64,000 nucleotides of DNA. Origin: Octopus vulgaris. Lineage: Eukaryota. The number at the start of each line of letters is the position of its first letter. Position 1 is the first letter of the stretch. The stretch spans positions 10,788,001 to 10,852,000 of the forward strand of contig OX597822.1 in assembly GCA_951406725.2 (NCBI GenBank). The letters are read 5' to 3'. The notes below the pieces were generated by a model. The model was not told the DNA's origin, did not search any database, and was given only the letters and a program-made list of their open reading frames with translations. This document shows positions 53,210 through 64,000 of the stretch, in pieces. The position numbers were made by a program, and so were the translations under genes.

Positions 53210-55020
53210 ATTGCCTTTGCACATCTTCTAGCGCTAGAGATGTACTACTGTTTCAGCTGTTCACTACCAGTGAACTAAGGTAACACCTCTCCTTTTTCGT
53301 GCACCTTCCGGAGTTTTCGAGCGGTTCCAAGCAGTGCTCCACCTTTTTTGCAGCCCCTATTTGTTCAATCGTAGTTCTCGAGATTTTTATTCCCCGTTAC
53401 CAGGGCTCCGACAATTATTGGTACCACTACCACCTTTTTCATCGACCACAACTGCTTTACCTCCCAAGTTAACCTGTCATATCTATCGACTTTTCTTTCT
53501 TCCTTATCGCATACCTTGTAGTCAGCTGGGCATGCTATATCTATGATCCAGCATAGTTTGTGTCCTTTCTCAGTTAAGATTATGTCTGGCTTCCTATTCT
53601 CTATCTCATGGTGGCACTGAATTATAAAATCCCACAGGAGTTTTGCATTATCATATTCGATGATGCCTGCGGGTTTGTGGTCGTTCCAATTTTATTTTGC
53701 TCTGCCAAGTCCATAATTGTTGCAAAATGTCCAATGGAAAAGGCTTGCTATATTGTTGTGGCGTCTCTTATATTCCTTCTGGGCTAGTGGCGTACATTGG
53801 CTGGTAATATGCCATTCGGTTTCATCGTTTTGTCCACAGATTATGCACTTATCACTTTCTGATGTGTTGTCTATTCTGTATTTTATGTAGTTTGTTCTAG
53901 TACTATGTCTTGAGCAGCACAGATTGGAGCCACCATTTCCGGTTTTAAATCACTTTTATTCATCCACAGCCATCTTTTCCCTCTGTCTGTCTTATCTTCA
54001 ACATCCCTATGAAATTGTCCATGCATTCTTTTCTTTACCCACCTATTTTCAGTTTCATTCGTTTTCAATTTCTTCTATGGTGCTTTTTCTTTGCAATCTT
54101 TCATCCTACACAGGCCTGACCTTCTTAATAATAGAGGTTCTGTGGCACTTTTTACATATCATACTATATTGTTTTCTTCTGCTCTAATACTGTGTTCGCA
54201 TCCAATAAGTCCTCTTCCTCCTCTTTTTCTTGGTACATATAGTCTGTCTGTGTCACTTTTAGGGTTCAGTGCCACATATCTAGTTAGCAACTTCCTTGTC
54301 ATTCAGTCTAAGCTGCTAACTTCGTCTACTGTTCATGCGATGACCCCTGCTCCATATCTAAGGAGTGAAATTGCCCAGGTATTGATAGCTTCAATCTTAT
54401 TCCGTCCGTTTAATTTCGACTTTAGGATCAGTCTCAGTCTGCGCAAGTACTCCACCTTAAACTTTTTTGTCATTTCTTTCTCCATTAATTTATCCATTTC
54501 CAAAATCCCCAAGTACTTATAGCCTGTCTCTTCTATCTGCTTCATAACCTCTCCCAAGAGAGGTTATGAATCGTTAGCCCAAGGCAGTCCCCTTGGAAGA
54601 TGCTCCGCCTAATTTCTACTGTCCCTAAACTCCTTTTGTATGCTGTCAGGTCCGTCCTCCAATTTGCCATACTTTTTCGAAGCAATCGCTCAACATTCGA
54701 TGCAATACCAAATAGATTCATACATTCCATTATCCAAGAGTGTGGGATGATATAGTACACCTTACAATAGTCGATCCATGACATGGCTAAGTTACTTGTC
54801 CTCCTCTTGCAGTCTCTAAGTACAGTTTGTCTATCGGGAGTTGATACTTGGTGCCTCTGCACTTACACTTGCAAACTTTCTGTTCATGTGGCAGGACACC
54901 ATTTTTTCCAGATGTTCGTACATTGAATCTGCGAATATTCCAGTCAAAAATTTCTACATAAGTGGCAAACAGGATTTCGGTCTGTAATTGCCTACCATAT
55001 TGCTTTTTTCAACGTTTTTT
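53210..55020 (-). mobile_element. R4/Dong-like non-LTR retrotransposon, 1.8-kb decayed 3' part (RT, CCHC, RLE, 3' UTR)
   Basis: NYRPKSCLP, LAMSWIDYCKVY..IPHSWI, IFQGDCL, YKYLGILE, AINTWAISLLRYGAG, MHGQFHR, AAQD, LLWDF, RKPDI, LLGTARKLRK; ends in (TAA/TGA)n. Confidence 0.92.
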
Positions 55021-55039
55021 CAAGTCTTACTATTAAGAC

Positions 55040-55770
55040 GGTGATCTGGGCAGAATGCTTAGCACACACTTTCAGGTCTTGTACCTACAGTATAAGGGAT
55101 TATTACTTGTGGTGCTTATCGGTGAGCTGCCAGAATCGTTAGCATGCTGGGTAAAATGCATAGCGTTATTTCTTTCGGTTTCACATTCCGAGTTCAAATG
55201 CCGTTGAGGTCGACTTTGACTTTCTTCATTTAAGAGATAACAAAATAAATACCAGTTAATCGTTAGGGTTGGTATACTCGACTTCCTCATCCCCTCAAAA
55301 TTACTGGTCTCGTGTCAACATTTAGAAAGTATTAGCATGGTGAGCTGGCTGAGTCGTTTGCGGCATTTTTTCCGGCTTTACGTTCGGAGTTCAAATACTG
55401 TTGAAGTCGACTTTACTTTTGTTCCTTTTGGAGTCGATAGAACAAATACGATTTGACCGTTGAGGTCGATGTACACAACTGACTCCCTTTCCCAAAATGT
55501 CACTCCTTGTGCTTATAGCACAAATGATTATCTGTTGCGACGTTTAAGTAATGGTTTGGCAGGATCGTTACAGCAACGGTTAAACCACTTTGCACTATTT
55601 ATTTTCGCCTCTGTACGTATCGAGTTCGAATCCTGACCAGATGAACTTTGATGTTTTTTTTTTTATCCTTTTAGTGCTGGTAAAATACAGAATCGCTCAG
55701 GTACTAATGTCGATAGTATCGACTAACCGTTTGCCTTCGAAACTGCTGACCTTGCGCCTATATTTTAAAC
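55040..55770 (+). mobile_element. Cluster of three to four diverged SINE family B copies
   Basis: Repeated GGTGAGCTGG..GAATCGTT, GAGTTCAAAT...GTCGACTTT and CTTGTGC tail segments. Confidence 0.78.
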
Positions 55771-56221
55771 AATTGTTACAGACAACATTGTTAAATTTTG
55801 TAGTAGTAGTAGTAGTAGTAGTAGAAGTAGTAGTGGTGGTGGTGGTGGTAATAGTACTACTACTACTAATACTATTACTGCTGCTGCTACTATCTCTTCT
55901 ACTGTCGTTTTACCTCTTCAAATAAAGAGGTTCTAAGTTCAAAGAGCCGTCACTCTTCAAACAGTTACCAGTTAACATCAAACGGAATAAGACGGTCTCA
56001 AAAACTATCTTTTAAATCGCAGGTGATCGCCAGCAAAATAAATTTACTAAAGCTCGCACAAACAGTAGAATGTTGAAGGTAGCGGCACTGGCAAACAGTG
56101 CAGTTTCTCCCAGCACTCTTGGTGTTTAGGGTGGGAAGACTATGGCAAGAATGAAAGAGAGAAGGGTTGGCTGTGGTAAGGAAGTTCTACCTGGAGGATT
56201 GCAATTTTGGTTTCAATAAAT

Positions 56222-57158
56222 GTGTATGTATGTATATATGGATGGCTGTATGTATGTATGCATGCATGTATGTATGTATGTATGTATGTATGTATGTATG
56301 TATGTATGTATGTATGTATGTATGTATGTATGTATGCATGTATGTATGTATGTATGCATGTATGTATGTATGTATGTATGCACATATGTATGTGTGTGTG
56401 TTTGTATGTATGTATGTATGTGTGTGTGTTTGTATGTATGTATGTATGTATGTATGTATGCATGTATGTATGTATGTATGTATGTATGTATGTATGTATG
56501 TATGCATGCATGCATGTATGTGTGTGTGTATGTATGTATGTATGTATGTATGTATGTGTGTATGTTTGTATGTATGTATGTATGTATGTATGTATGTATG
56601 TATGTATGTATGTATGTATGTATGCATGAATGTATGTATGTATGTGTGTGTTTGTATGTATGTTATGTATGTATGTATGTAAGCGTGTGTGTTATGTATG
56701 TATGCATGTGTGCATATATGTGCATGTGTGTGTGTGTATACTCGCACTCATAGATATATGTACTCACGCATTTATGAGTGTGATCCTGTGCGTGTGTACC
56801 TTCACGAGAGTTTGTAGGTGTATTTGCGAACGTCTGCGTGTATGCAGGTGTGTGTGTGCATGAATGTGTATGTAAAAGTGCCCGTGCGTACGCGTGCGCG
56901 CGCGCGTGTGTGTATTTAAATGTAAAAAAAGGATGCATCAAACATCGTCTACGTGAGTTCTTATTTGCGTGTGCGCTTGTATTTGTAATACATTTATGTG
57001 TGCGTGTGTGTGTATGTGTGCGCGTGTGTGTGTGCGTGTGTATGTGTGTGTGTGTCTCTGTGTGTCTCTGACTGTCTGTGTATGTGTGTGTGCGTGTGTG
57101 TGTGCGCGTGTGTGTGCGCGTGTGTGTTTGTGTCTGTGTGTCTCTGACTGTCTGTGTA

Positions 57159-57190
<32 letters not shown>

Positions 57191-57381
57191 TGTATGTGTG
57201 TGTGTATCTCTGACTGTCTGTGTGTGTCTCTGACTGTCTGTGTATGTGTGTGTGTGTGTGTGCGTATGTATGTGTGTATGTCTGTGTGTGTCTCTGATCT
57301 CTGTCTGTGTATGTGTGTGTGTGTGCGTGTGTATGTGTGTTTGTGTCTGTGTGTCTCTGACTGTCTGTGTATGTGTGTGTG

Positions 57382-57414
<33 letters not shown>

Positions 57415-57535
57415 ATCTCTGACTGTCTGTGTGTGACTCTGACTATCTGTGTATGTGTGTGTGTGTGCGTGTGTATGTGTGTGTGTGTGTCTATGTGTGT
57501 CTCTGACTGTCTGTGTGTGTGTGTGTGTGTGTTTG
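56222..57535. repeat. (ATGT)n array followed by a (GT)n minisatellite punctuated by TCTCTGACTGTCTG
   Basis: Direct reading. Confidence 0.92.
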
Positions 57536-57916
57536 TGCGTGTGAAGGTCTGTGTGTGCGTTCGTTCATTCGTGTTTATCGGATTCTGTAACTTTCGACGA
57601 CTAAGTCCACCGAAGTGTGCATGAGACTGATATAATGTGCCTTTACATACATATAAGCCCATACGCATGCATCATACGCATGCATCATATTTTTCATATA
57701 TATATAATGAAACACACACACACACATTTATATACATGTTTATGTGTGTGTGTAGGTGTATGTATACCTACTTAAATTTATGTACGTATATATGTATATG
57801 TATATGTATAAAGACATAATAATGAAGTTAAGCCCAATAATATTTTTCAGGTTTGCGTAATATATAATAGGAAATGAACCACCGGTTAAAGCATTTATTC
57901 ATCTATCTATCTCGCT

Positions 57917-57955
<39 letters not shown>

Positions 57956-58234
57956 CGAAGATACGTTTCGCCTTCACCTTCGAAACATAGAGTAGATGAA
58001 ACCATGGCGACTGAAGAAGGGGTTTTTTCTTTGTGTTACTTGTCCTGTATTCTATTTCTTTTTGATGTTTAAAAAAATGTCCAGTTGCTTGGGTTTGTGT
58101 CTATGTTTTCGTTTCTCATTGTGTTCGACGTTTTTTTTGGTGTCCTGTACTCATATATGCGTGTATATATACATGTAGAGGTAGGTAGTACATATATGTA
58201 TATATATATATATATATGCATATATTTTTATTTA

Positions 58235-58276
<42 letters not shown>

Positions 58277-58548
58277 TACAGTTTTGTTTAGAATCTAAAC
58301 AAAACTGTCCGACGAACGGGAATGTGAAACTCTGAGCAGCACTTTTTGTGAGGCCTTTGCTGGTTTTTTAATAAAGCATATTACTCTACCTCCGTCATTC
58401 GAGTATTATTTTTTCCTCATTGTTTCGCATTTATGTGCTTACTCTGGTGTATATATATATATATATATACATTCAAAATGTGACCGCGTGTGTACCGTTG
58501 GCGATTTTTTCCTCCGTCTTCCCTTCTCTGGATCTTTTCTTTTCCTAT

Positions 58549-58583
58549 GTTTCTGACGAAGAGCTCCGCTCGAAACGTTAAAC
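58549..58583 (+). ncRNA. Minimal hammerhead ribozyme motif, intact core
   Basis: GTTT-CTGACGA-A-GAGC tcc GCTC-GAA-ACGT-T-AAAC: 4-bp stem I, 4-bp stem II, palindromic stem III, GUU triplet. Confidence 0.72.
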
Positions 58584-58699
58584 CCTCCTTCTTTCCTTCT
58601 TTCGTGAGCGTCCAATAATACTATATTTGTTCCATATCCTCGCGTTGTTATGTTTTCTCTTTGTGTTTTCATGTTTGGATTAACTATATATATATACAT

Positions 58700-58768
<69 letters not shown>

Positions 58769-58799
58769 ATATATATATATATATGTGTGTGTGTGTATG

Positions 58800-58832
<33 letters not shown>

Positions 58833-58951
58833 ATGTGTGTGTATGATATATATATATATATATATGTGTGTGTGTATGTGTGTGTATGTATATATATATA
58901 TATATATATATACATACATATATCTATTATATATTTATACGTATGTCTGTT

Positions 58952-59021
<70 letters not shown>

Positions 59022-59219
59022 CATACATACATAATTCTGAATAGTCGAACTCGGTACGTCTTTTTCAATGACACCTCATAAAGCGATAGTGGCATATAAT
59101 ATAACTATATTCAGAAGTTCGAATTCAAATGAAACATTTGTAATTAAATGTAATAAAAGGCTACTTGATCACTCCATTCTTCTTGTTTATATATATGTGT
59201 GAGTGTATGCATGACCGTG

Positions 59220-59258
<39 letters not shown>

Positions 59259-59653
59259 AAATAGACAGGGTCTGTTTGGAAGTGGGTTGATGCCAGCCGG
59301 CTCTGTATATCAGAGAGCATTGTAGTAGAGTTTTAAAAAGTCAGCGAAGGGAGATAACATATTTGTGAGTGAGATTTCGAATATGATTAAAAGTAACTTA
59401 GTGGTAATCACTCAAGTTGAAATTTACTGGATGCTGAATAGGATCCAGAGAGTCCTATTCTGTAACATGATGGTATGTAGTGTATGGACAAGATCCCATA
59501 TGTAGCAGCAGCCCTTCAATGCTTCACTGTTGTCTGAAGTGGAATCTGCAGAGGGTACGTAAACCGAATTGAATATAACGAATTTTGTTTCTTCCCCTAC
59601 CGTATTTCTGGCAAATAGAATGGTAAAGATAGCATTATAGTGCTCCAAGTTTA

Positions 59654-60077
59654 GGCGTAGGAGTGGCTGTGTGGTAAGTAGCTTCCTAACCAACCACATG
59701 GTTCCGGGTTCAGTCCCACTGCGTGGCATCTTGGGCAAGTGTCTTCTGCTATAGCCCCGGGCCGACCAATGCCTTGTGAGTGCATTTGGTAGACGGAAAC
59801 TGAAAGAAGCCTGTCGTATATATGTATATATATGTATGTGTGTATGTGTGTGTGTGTTTGTGTGTCTGTGTTTGTCCCCCTAGCATTGCTTGACAACCGA
59901 TGCTGGTGTGTTTACGTCCTCGTCACTTAGCGGTTCGGCAAAAGAGACCGATAGAATAAGTACTGGGCTTACAAAGAATAAGTCCCGGGGTCGAATTGCC
60001 CGACTAAAGGCGGTGCTCCAGCATGGCCGCAGTCAAATGACTGAAATAAGTAAAAGAGTAAAAGAGAGAGAGAGAGA
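59654..60077 (+). mobile_element. SINE family A, full length
   Basis: Complete head, body and tail. Confidence 0.93.
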
Positions 60078-60282
60078 GTTTCAGTTATTATGGAATCTAT
60101 TTCCGCTTCCTATCTTCCATTAGTCGTGAAAATGATCCCAAGATACCCGGACATGTTCGACTACTTCACAGTAGCTCCATTAACATGTAAAATGCTCTAC
60201 GCAGGCTTTCTCGAGAAAACGTAAGACTGATTTTCATTCCATCCTTATAGCACTCGGCAGCGGTCGCAGCTATCTTTTTTAG

Positions 60283-60457
60283 CGTGGTATATTTACTTAA
60301 ACCTCCCCAGTAGAATTTTCGTACATGAACAGCAAAAAGAGATGTAAGAATACTGAATCAACCCAGGCAAGCTGACGAACTGTATGGCTTTTGTCTCAGA
60401 TACAACACGGTCGACCAAATATTCACACAACAACTAGGCTTCGAGAAAACTTTCTAA
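60283..60457 (+). pseudogene. Ancient RTE-like LINE RT relic
   Basis: RGI/LNLPSRIF then ELYGFCLRYNTVDQIFTQQLGFEK, matching YRGISLL...QxGFR...TxDQIF. Confidence 0.6.
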
Positions 60458-61411
60458 CATACAATGCAAGATTCAAACGCAGCATCTGTGGAAGACGAGG
60501 TAGCTGCACTAAAGAGGCATCACAAAATTTACCATCTAAATTAGAAGTCTTAATCTAATTTGCTAAGATTACATATACAGAAAGTCCCTCAACGGGTACC
60601 TCAGGCAATACTGTATCAAGGTTGTATATATGTACAGAATTGAATGACTGAAGCGAGTAAGAGAGTAAAAGACAGGTGAAATAATGTGTTAATCAAAGAA
60701 AATTTCAAATTATTTCTGATGCTACTTAAGTCATATGCATGTAACTACCAAATCTGGTAGAAAGATAGAGCCAATTACATTCCACCGTCTCAAATAGATA
60801 TCAGTCAACTTAAATAATGTAGCTCTTTTTGAATAATAATAATAATAATAAAATAGCATTGCTTGGCCAAAGCTTGAACACTTTTGAATATAGGTCTTCT
60901 GGATCAGCGGGTACCTAAGACTAAACCACAGCAAGGATGTACAAGGTCTTACTGGATACGTGATTCCACCAAATAATTCGAAGTAAACCAAAGCAGATGT
61001 ATAATTATTTTTTGTTATAGGGAATTACTACAAGGTAGAAGTGTTCTTGTTTTTCTTTCAGCGACAATTGTTAACTCTATTGTATGGGTTTATATTATGT
61101 TCTAAAAGCTAACACGAATTGGAAATATGTAAACAAGGAATGAATGAATAAGTAGTGCGATGAACAGAATCGAGGAAAGAATTATAGAAAAGGAGAATGC
61201 AAGAATGAAAACAAGAAGCAATGAAAGGAATGAAGAAAGACAGAAAAGAAGCAATGAAAGAAGACTGTAATAGAAACAAGGGCTAAAGAAAGGACCAAGG
61301 AAAGAAAGAGAAAATTGGATAAATAGAAAGGAAAGCGAAAAGCAACTAAGAAGGAAAGAAACATAAGATGGAAGAGAAGTGTATTTGTGTTTGCGCGCGT
61401 GTGTGTGTACA

Positions 61412-61447
<36 letters not shown>

Positions 61448-61772
61448 GGGAGGGGGGATGAAGGAAATAGTTCAACAAAAGGAAACGGGGATATAAAAAA
61501 AAATGGAGTTAAGATTCTCTTCTAAATATTATTCCAAGTGACAAAATCAACTCATAAACATTGATATCGCACAAGTTTATACGTTCTGAGCGTTCGGTTG
61601 CCGCATGATGGCAATAACGACAGTGGCGACAGCGATGACAACAACGTCGACGCCAACACCAACAATAACAGCACTAATTAGATAATTTAATCAATTAATT
61701 CTAATAATAACGACGCTTCTTTATTTGCCACAAGGGAAAGGTAGAAGGATAGAGTCTAGACGTTAAGAAAAC

Positions 61773-61814
<42 letters not shown>

Positions 61815-61841
61815 CAGCAGCAGCAGCAGCAGCAGTTATTG

Positions 61842-62062
61842 GTGGGAGTAGAAGCTAGCGAACTGGCAGGATTGTTAGCACTCTGGATGAAATGCTTAGC
61901 CGTATTTCGCCTGCCGCCGCTACGTTCTGTGTTCAAATTCTACCAAGGTCGACTTTATCTTTAATTCTTCGGAGTCGATGCATCCAGTGAAACTTTGGGG
62001 CTGATATAATCGACCAGTCCTCTCCCCACAAAATCCCAGGCCTTGTGCTTTTAGTAGACAGG
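61842..62062 (+). mobile_element. SINE family B with (ATT)n tail
   Basis: GCGAACTGGCAGGATTGTTAGC...GGCCTTGTGCTTTTAGTAGACAGG-ATTATT. Confidence 0.82.
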
Positions 62063-62130
<68 letters not shown>

Positions 62131-62140
62131 CATTATTATT

Positions 62141-62486
62141 CAGTAGTTTTATTTTTATAGCGTGCTTTCACTTCACTACCGAGCGCAGCTCTGTGTGCCT
62201 TAGGTATGTGCTGTGATTTGTTGTGATGCTCTGATGGTTATTGTATGGAAAGTGTTCTGCGTAGGATGTGTGCAGTGCCTAGTAGTGCAATTTTCTGTAT
62301 GTTATATGTGTTTTTGTTATGTATTTGTCTGAATATTTTTTTATCATGCCTAATGCACCTACTATGATAGGAATTGTTTCTGTTTTCAGATTCCACATTC
62401 TAGTTACCTCTATTTCCAGGTCTTTGTATTTTGAGAGTTTCTCCATTTCTTTTAGAGACACGTTGTCATCTGCCGGTATTGATACA

Positions 62487-62489
<3 letters not shown>
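62141..62489 (-). mobile_element. Young R4/Dong-like element, 5'-truncated 3' end
   Basis: Near-identical to 62823-63190 except small indels; (TAA)n on both sides. Confidence 0.92.
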
Positions 62490-62562
<73 letters not shown>

Positions 62563-62566
62563 CATT

Positions 62567-62762
62567 GGCGAGCTGGCAGAATTGTTTGCACGTTTGATGA
62601 AATGCTTAGCAGTAATTTGTCTGTCTGAGTTCAAATTCCAACAAGGTCGACTTTGCCTTTCATCCTTTCGGGGTCGATAAACTAAGTACAAGTGAAATAC
62701 TGGGGTCCATATAATCGACTAGTCAACTACCCCAAATTTCAGGACTTATGTCTATTGTAGAT
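62567..62762 (+). mobile_element. SINE family B with (ATT)n tail
   Basis: GGCGAGCTGGCAGAATTG...GTCGACTTTGCCTTTCATCCTTTCGGGGTCGATAAA. Confidence 0.85.
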
Positions 62763-62767
62763 TTGTA

Positions 62768-62822
<55 letters not shown>

Positions 62823-62825
<3 letters not shown>

Positions 62826-64000
62826 TAGTTTTATTTTTATAGCGTGCTGCTTTCACTTCACTACCGAGCGCAGCTCTGTGTGCCTTGGGTATGTGCTGTG
62901 ATTTGTTGTGATGCTCTGATGGTTATTGTATGGAAAGTGTTCTGCGTAGGATGTGTGCAGTGCCTAGTAGTGCAATTTTCTGTATGTTATATGTGTTTGT
63001 AAGTCCTGGTGTTTTTGTTATGTATTTGTCTGAATATTTTTTTATCATGCCTAATGCACCTACTATGATAGGAATTGTTTCTGTTTTCAGATTCCACATT
63101 CTAGTTACCTCTATTTCCAGGTCTTTGTATTTTGAGAGTTTCTCCATTTCTTTTAGAGACACGTTGTCATCTGCCGGTATTGATACATCAATTAGAAAGC
63201 ATTTTTTTCTTCATGATCTCTGACAACTATATCTGGTCTGTTGGCCTTAATTTCTCTATCTGTGTGTATCGGCATATCCCAGAGTATGGTTGCTTTCTCG
63301 TTTTCTGTGACCTTTTCTGGTGTGTGCCTATACCATCTTTTTTCTGTTGTTATTCCATAATGTTGGCATAGCTTCCAATGTATGTAGGTTCCAACTCTGT
63401 CATGTCTGTGAATATATTCCTTCTTAGCCAGGACTGGGCAGCTAGAGATAATATGATTTATTGTTTCTTGTCCATCTCCACATATTCTGCAGTTACTTGT
63501 AATATTTCTTTTCATTACATGATTTTGGTAATTTCTGGTGGGGAGGCTTTGGTCTTGTGCTGCAATTAAAAATCCCTCTGTTTCTGCTTTGAGTCCTGAG
63601 CTTCTCAACCATTGCTGGGATTTTTCTTTGTCTATTTCTTTTGCGTTTAGTTTAGTGCAGTATTTACCATGAAGGGGCTTTTCTTGCCATCGTTTTATCA
63701 TAGTTCGTTGCTGTTCTATTTTTAGTTTGGATTTCATTTGTTTTATAGCTTTTGTTGTTTCTTCATCATCTTCTTCTTCTTTGTGTTTATTAGGTGGTAT
63801 GATTTCTTGTTTGTATTTGTCAGCTTCCTTAGATACTGAGAACAGTTTTTTGTTTTGCTCGTGTTTTGCTGCTATCTGGATCAGTTTTCCTTCCTTCTGA
63901 AGTAGGTATTTTTGCAGTCCTATGGTGGTTATTTTATAGTAGTTTTCCAGCTGTATAAGGCCTCTACCACCTTCTATACGTTGTATATATAGTCTTTCTA
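62823..64000 (-). mobile_element. Young R4/Dong-like non-LTR retrotransposon (thumb, CCHC, RLE, 3' UTR; continues beyond the window)
   Basis: RLYIQRIEGGRGL...KPLHGKY...ETEGFLIAAQDQSL...CRICGDGQETINHIISSC...RHDRVG...ILWD...RPDIVVRD / KLSKYKDLEIE...IVGALG...LLGTAHILRR; one frameshift in an A-run near 63205. Confidence 0.95.

Noticed and set aside
54555-54600. Both long R4-like RT relics lack the catalytic DD motif region
   Set aside because: Deletion breakpoints differ and both copies have other lesions; two cases do not show a pattern
57955-58030. Isolated GAAAC and CTGAAGA motifs
   Set aside because: Wrong order and no stem II

Overview
AT-rich eukaryotic (animal) genomic DNA with no recognisable host protein-coding gene. 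The SINE families and the very high microsatellite load suggest a coleoid cephalopod, probably Octopus (inference). Most ORFs in the supplied track are microsatellite artefacts. The interpretable content is transposon debris: (i) at least six divergent fragments of R4/Dong-like RLE non-LTR retrotransposons, ending in (TAA)n; (ii) a non-coding element of about 550 bp that also sits in (TAA)n and is variably 5'-truncated; (iii) several tRNA-derived SINE families; (iv) L1/Tx1-, CR1-like and RTE-like LINE relics; (v) non-autonomous Helitrons; (vi) DNA transposon relics (Chapaev3 with both ends and a TTA TSD, maT/Tc1-like, mariner, pogo/Tigger, hAT-like). The most interesting signals are short inserts in (TA)n arrays that carry minimal hammerhead-ribozyme cores or form near-perfect palindromes (Penelope-like behaviour), a covarying stem-loop shared by the 3' tails of the TAA-targeting elements, and a microhomology chimera between two of those families. 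All family assignments come from motif recognition by eye; no database search was run.
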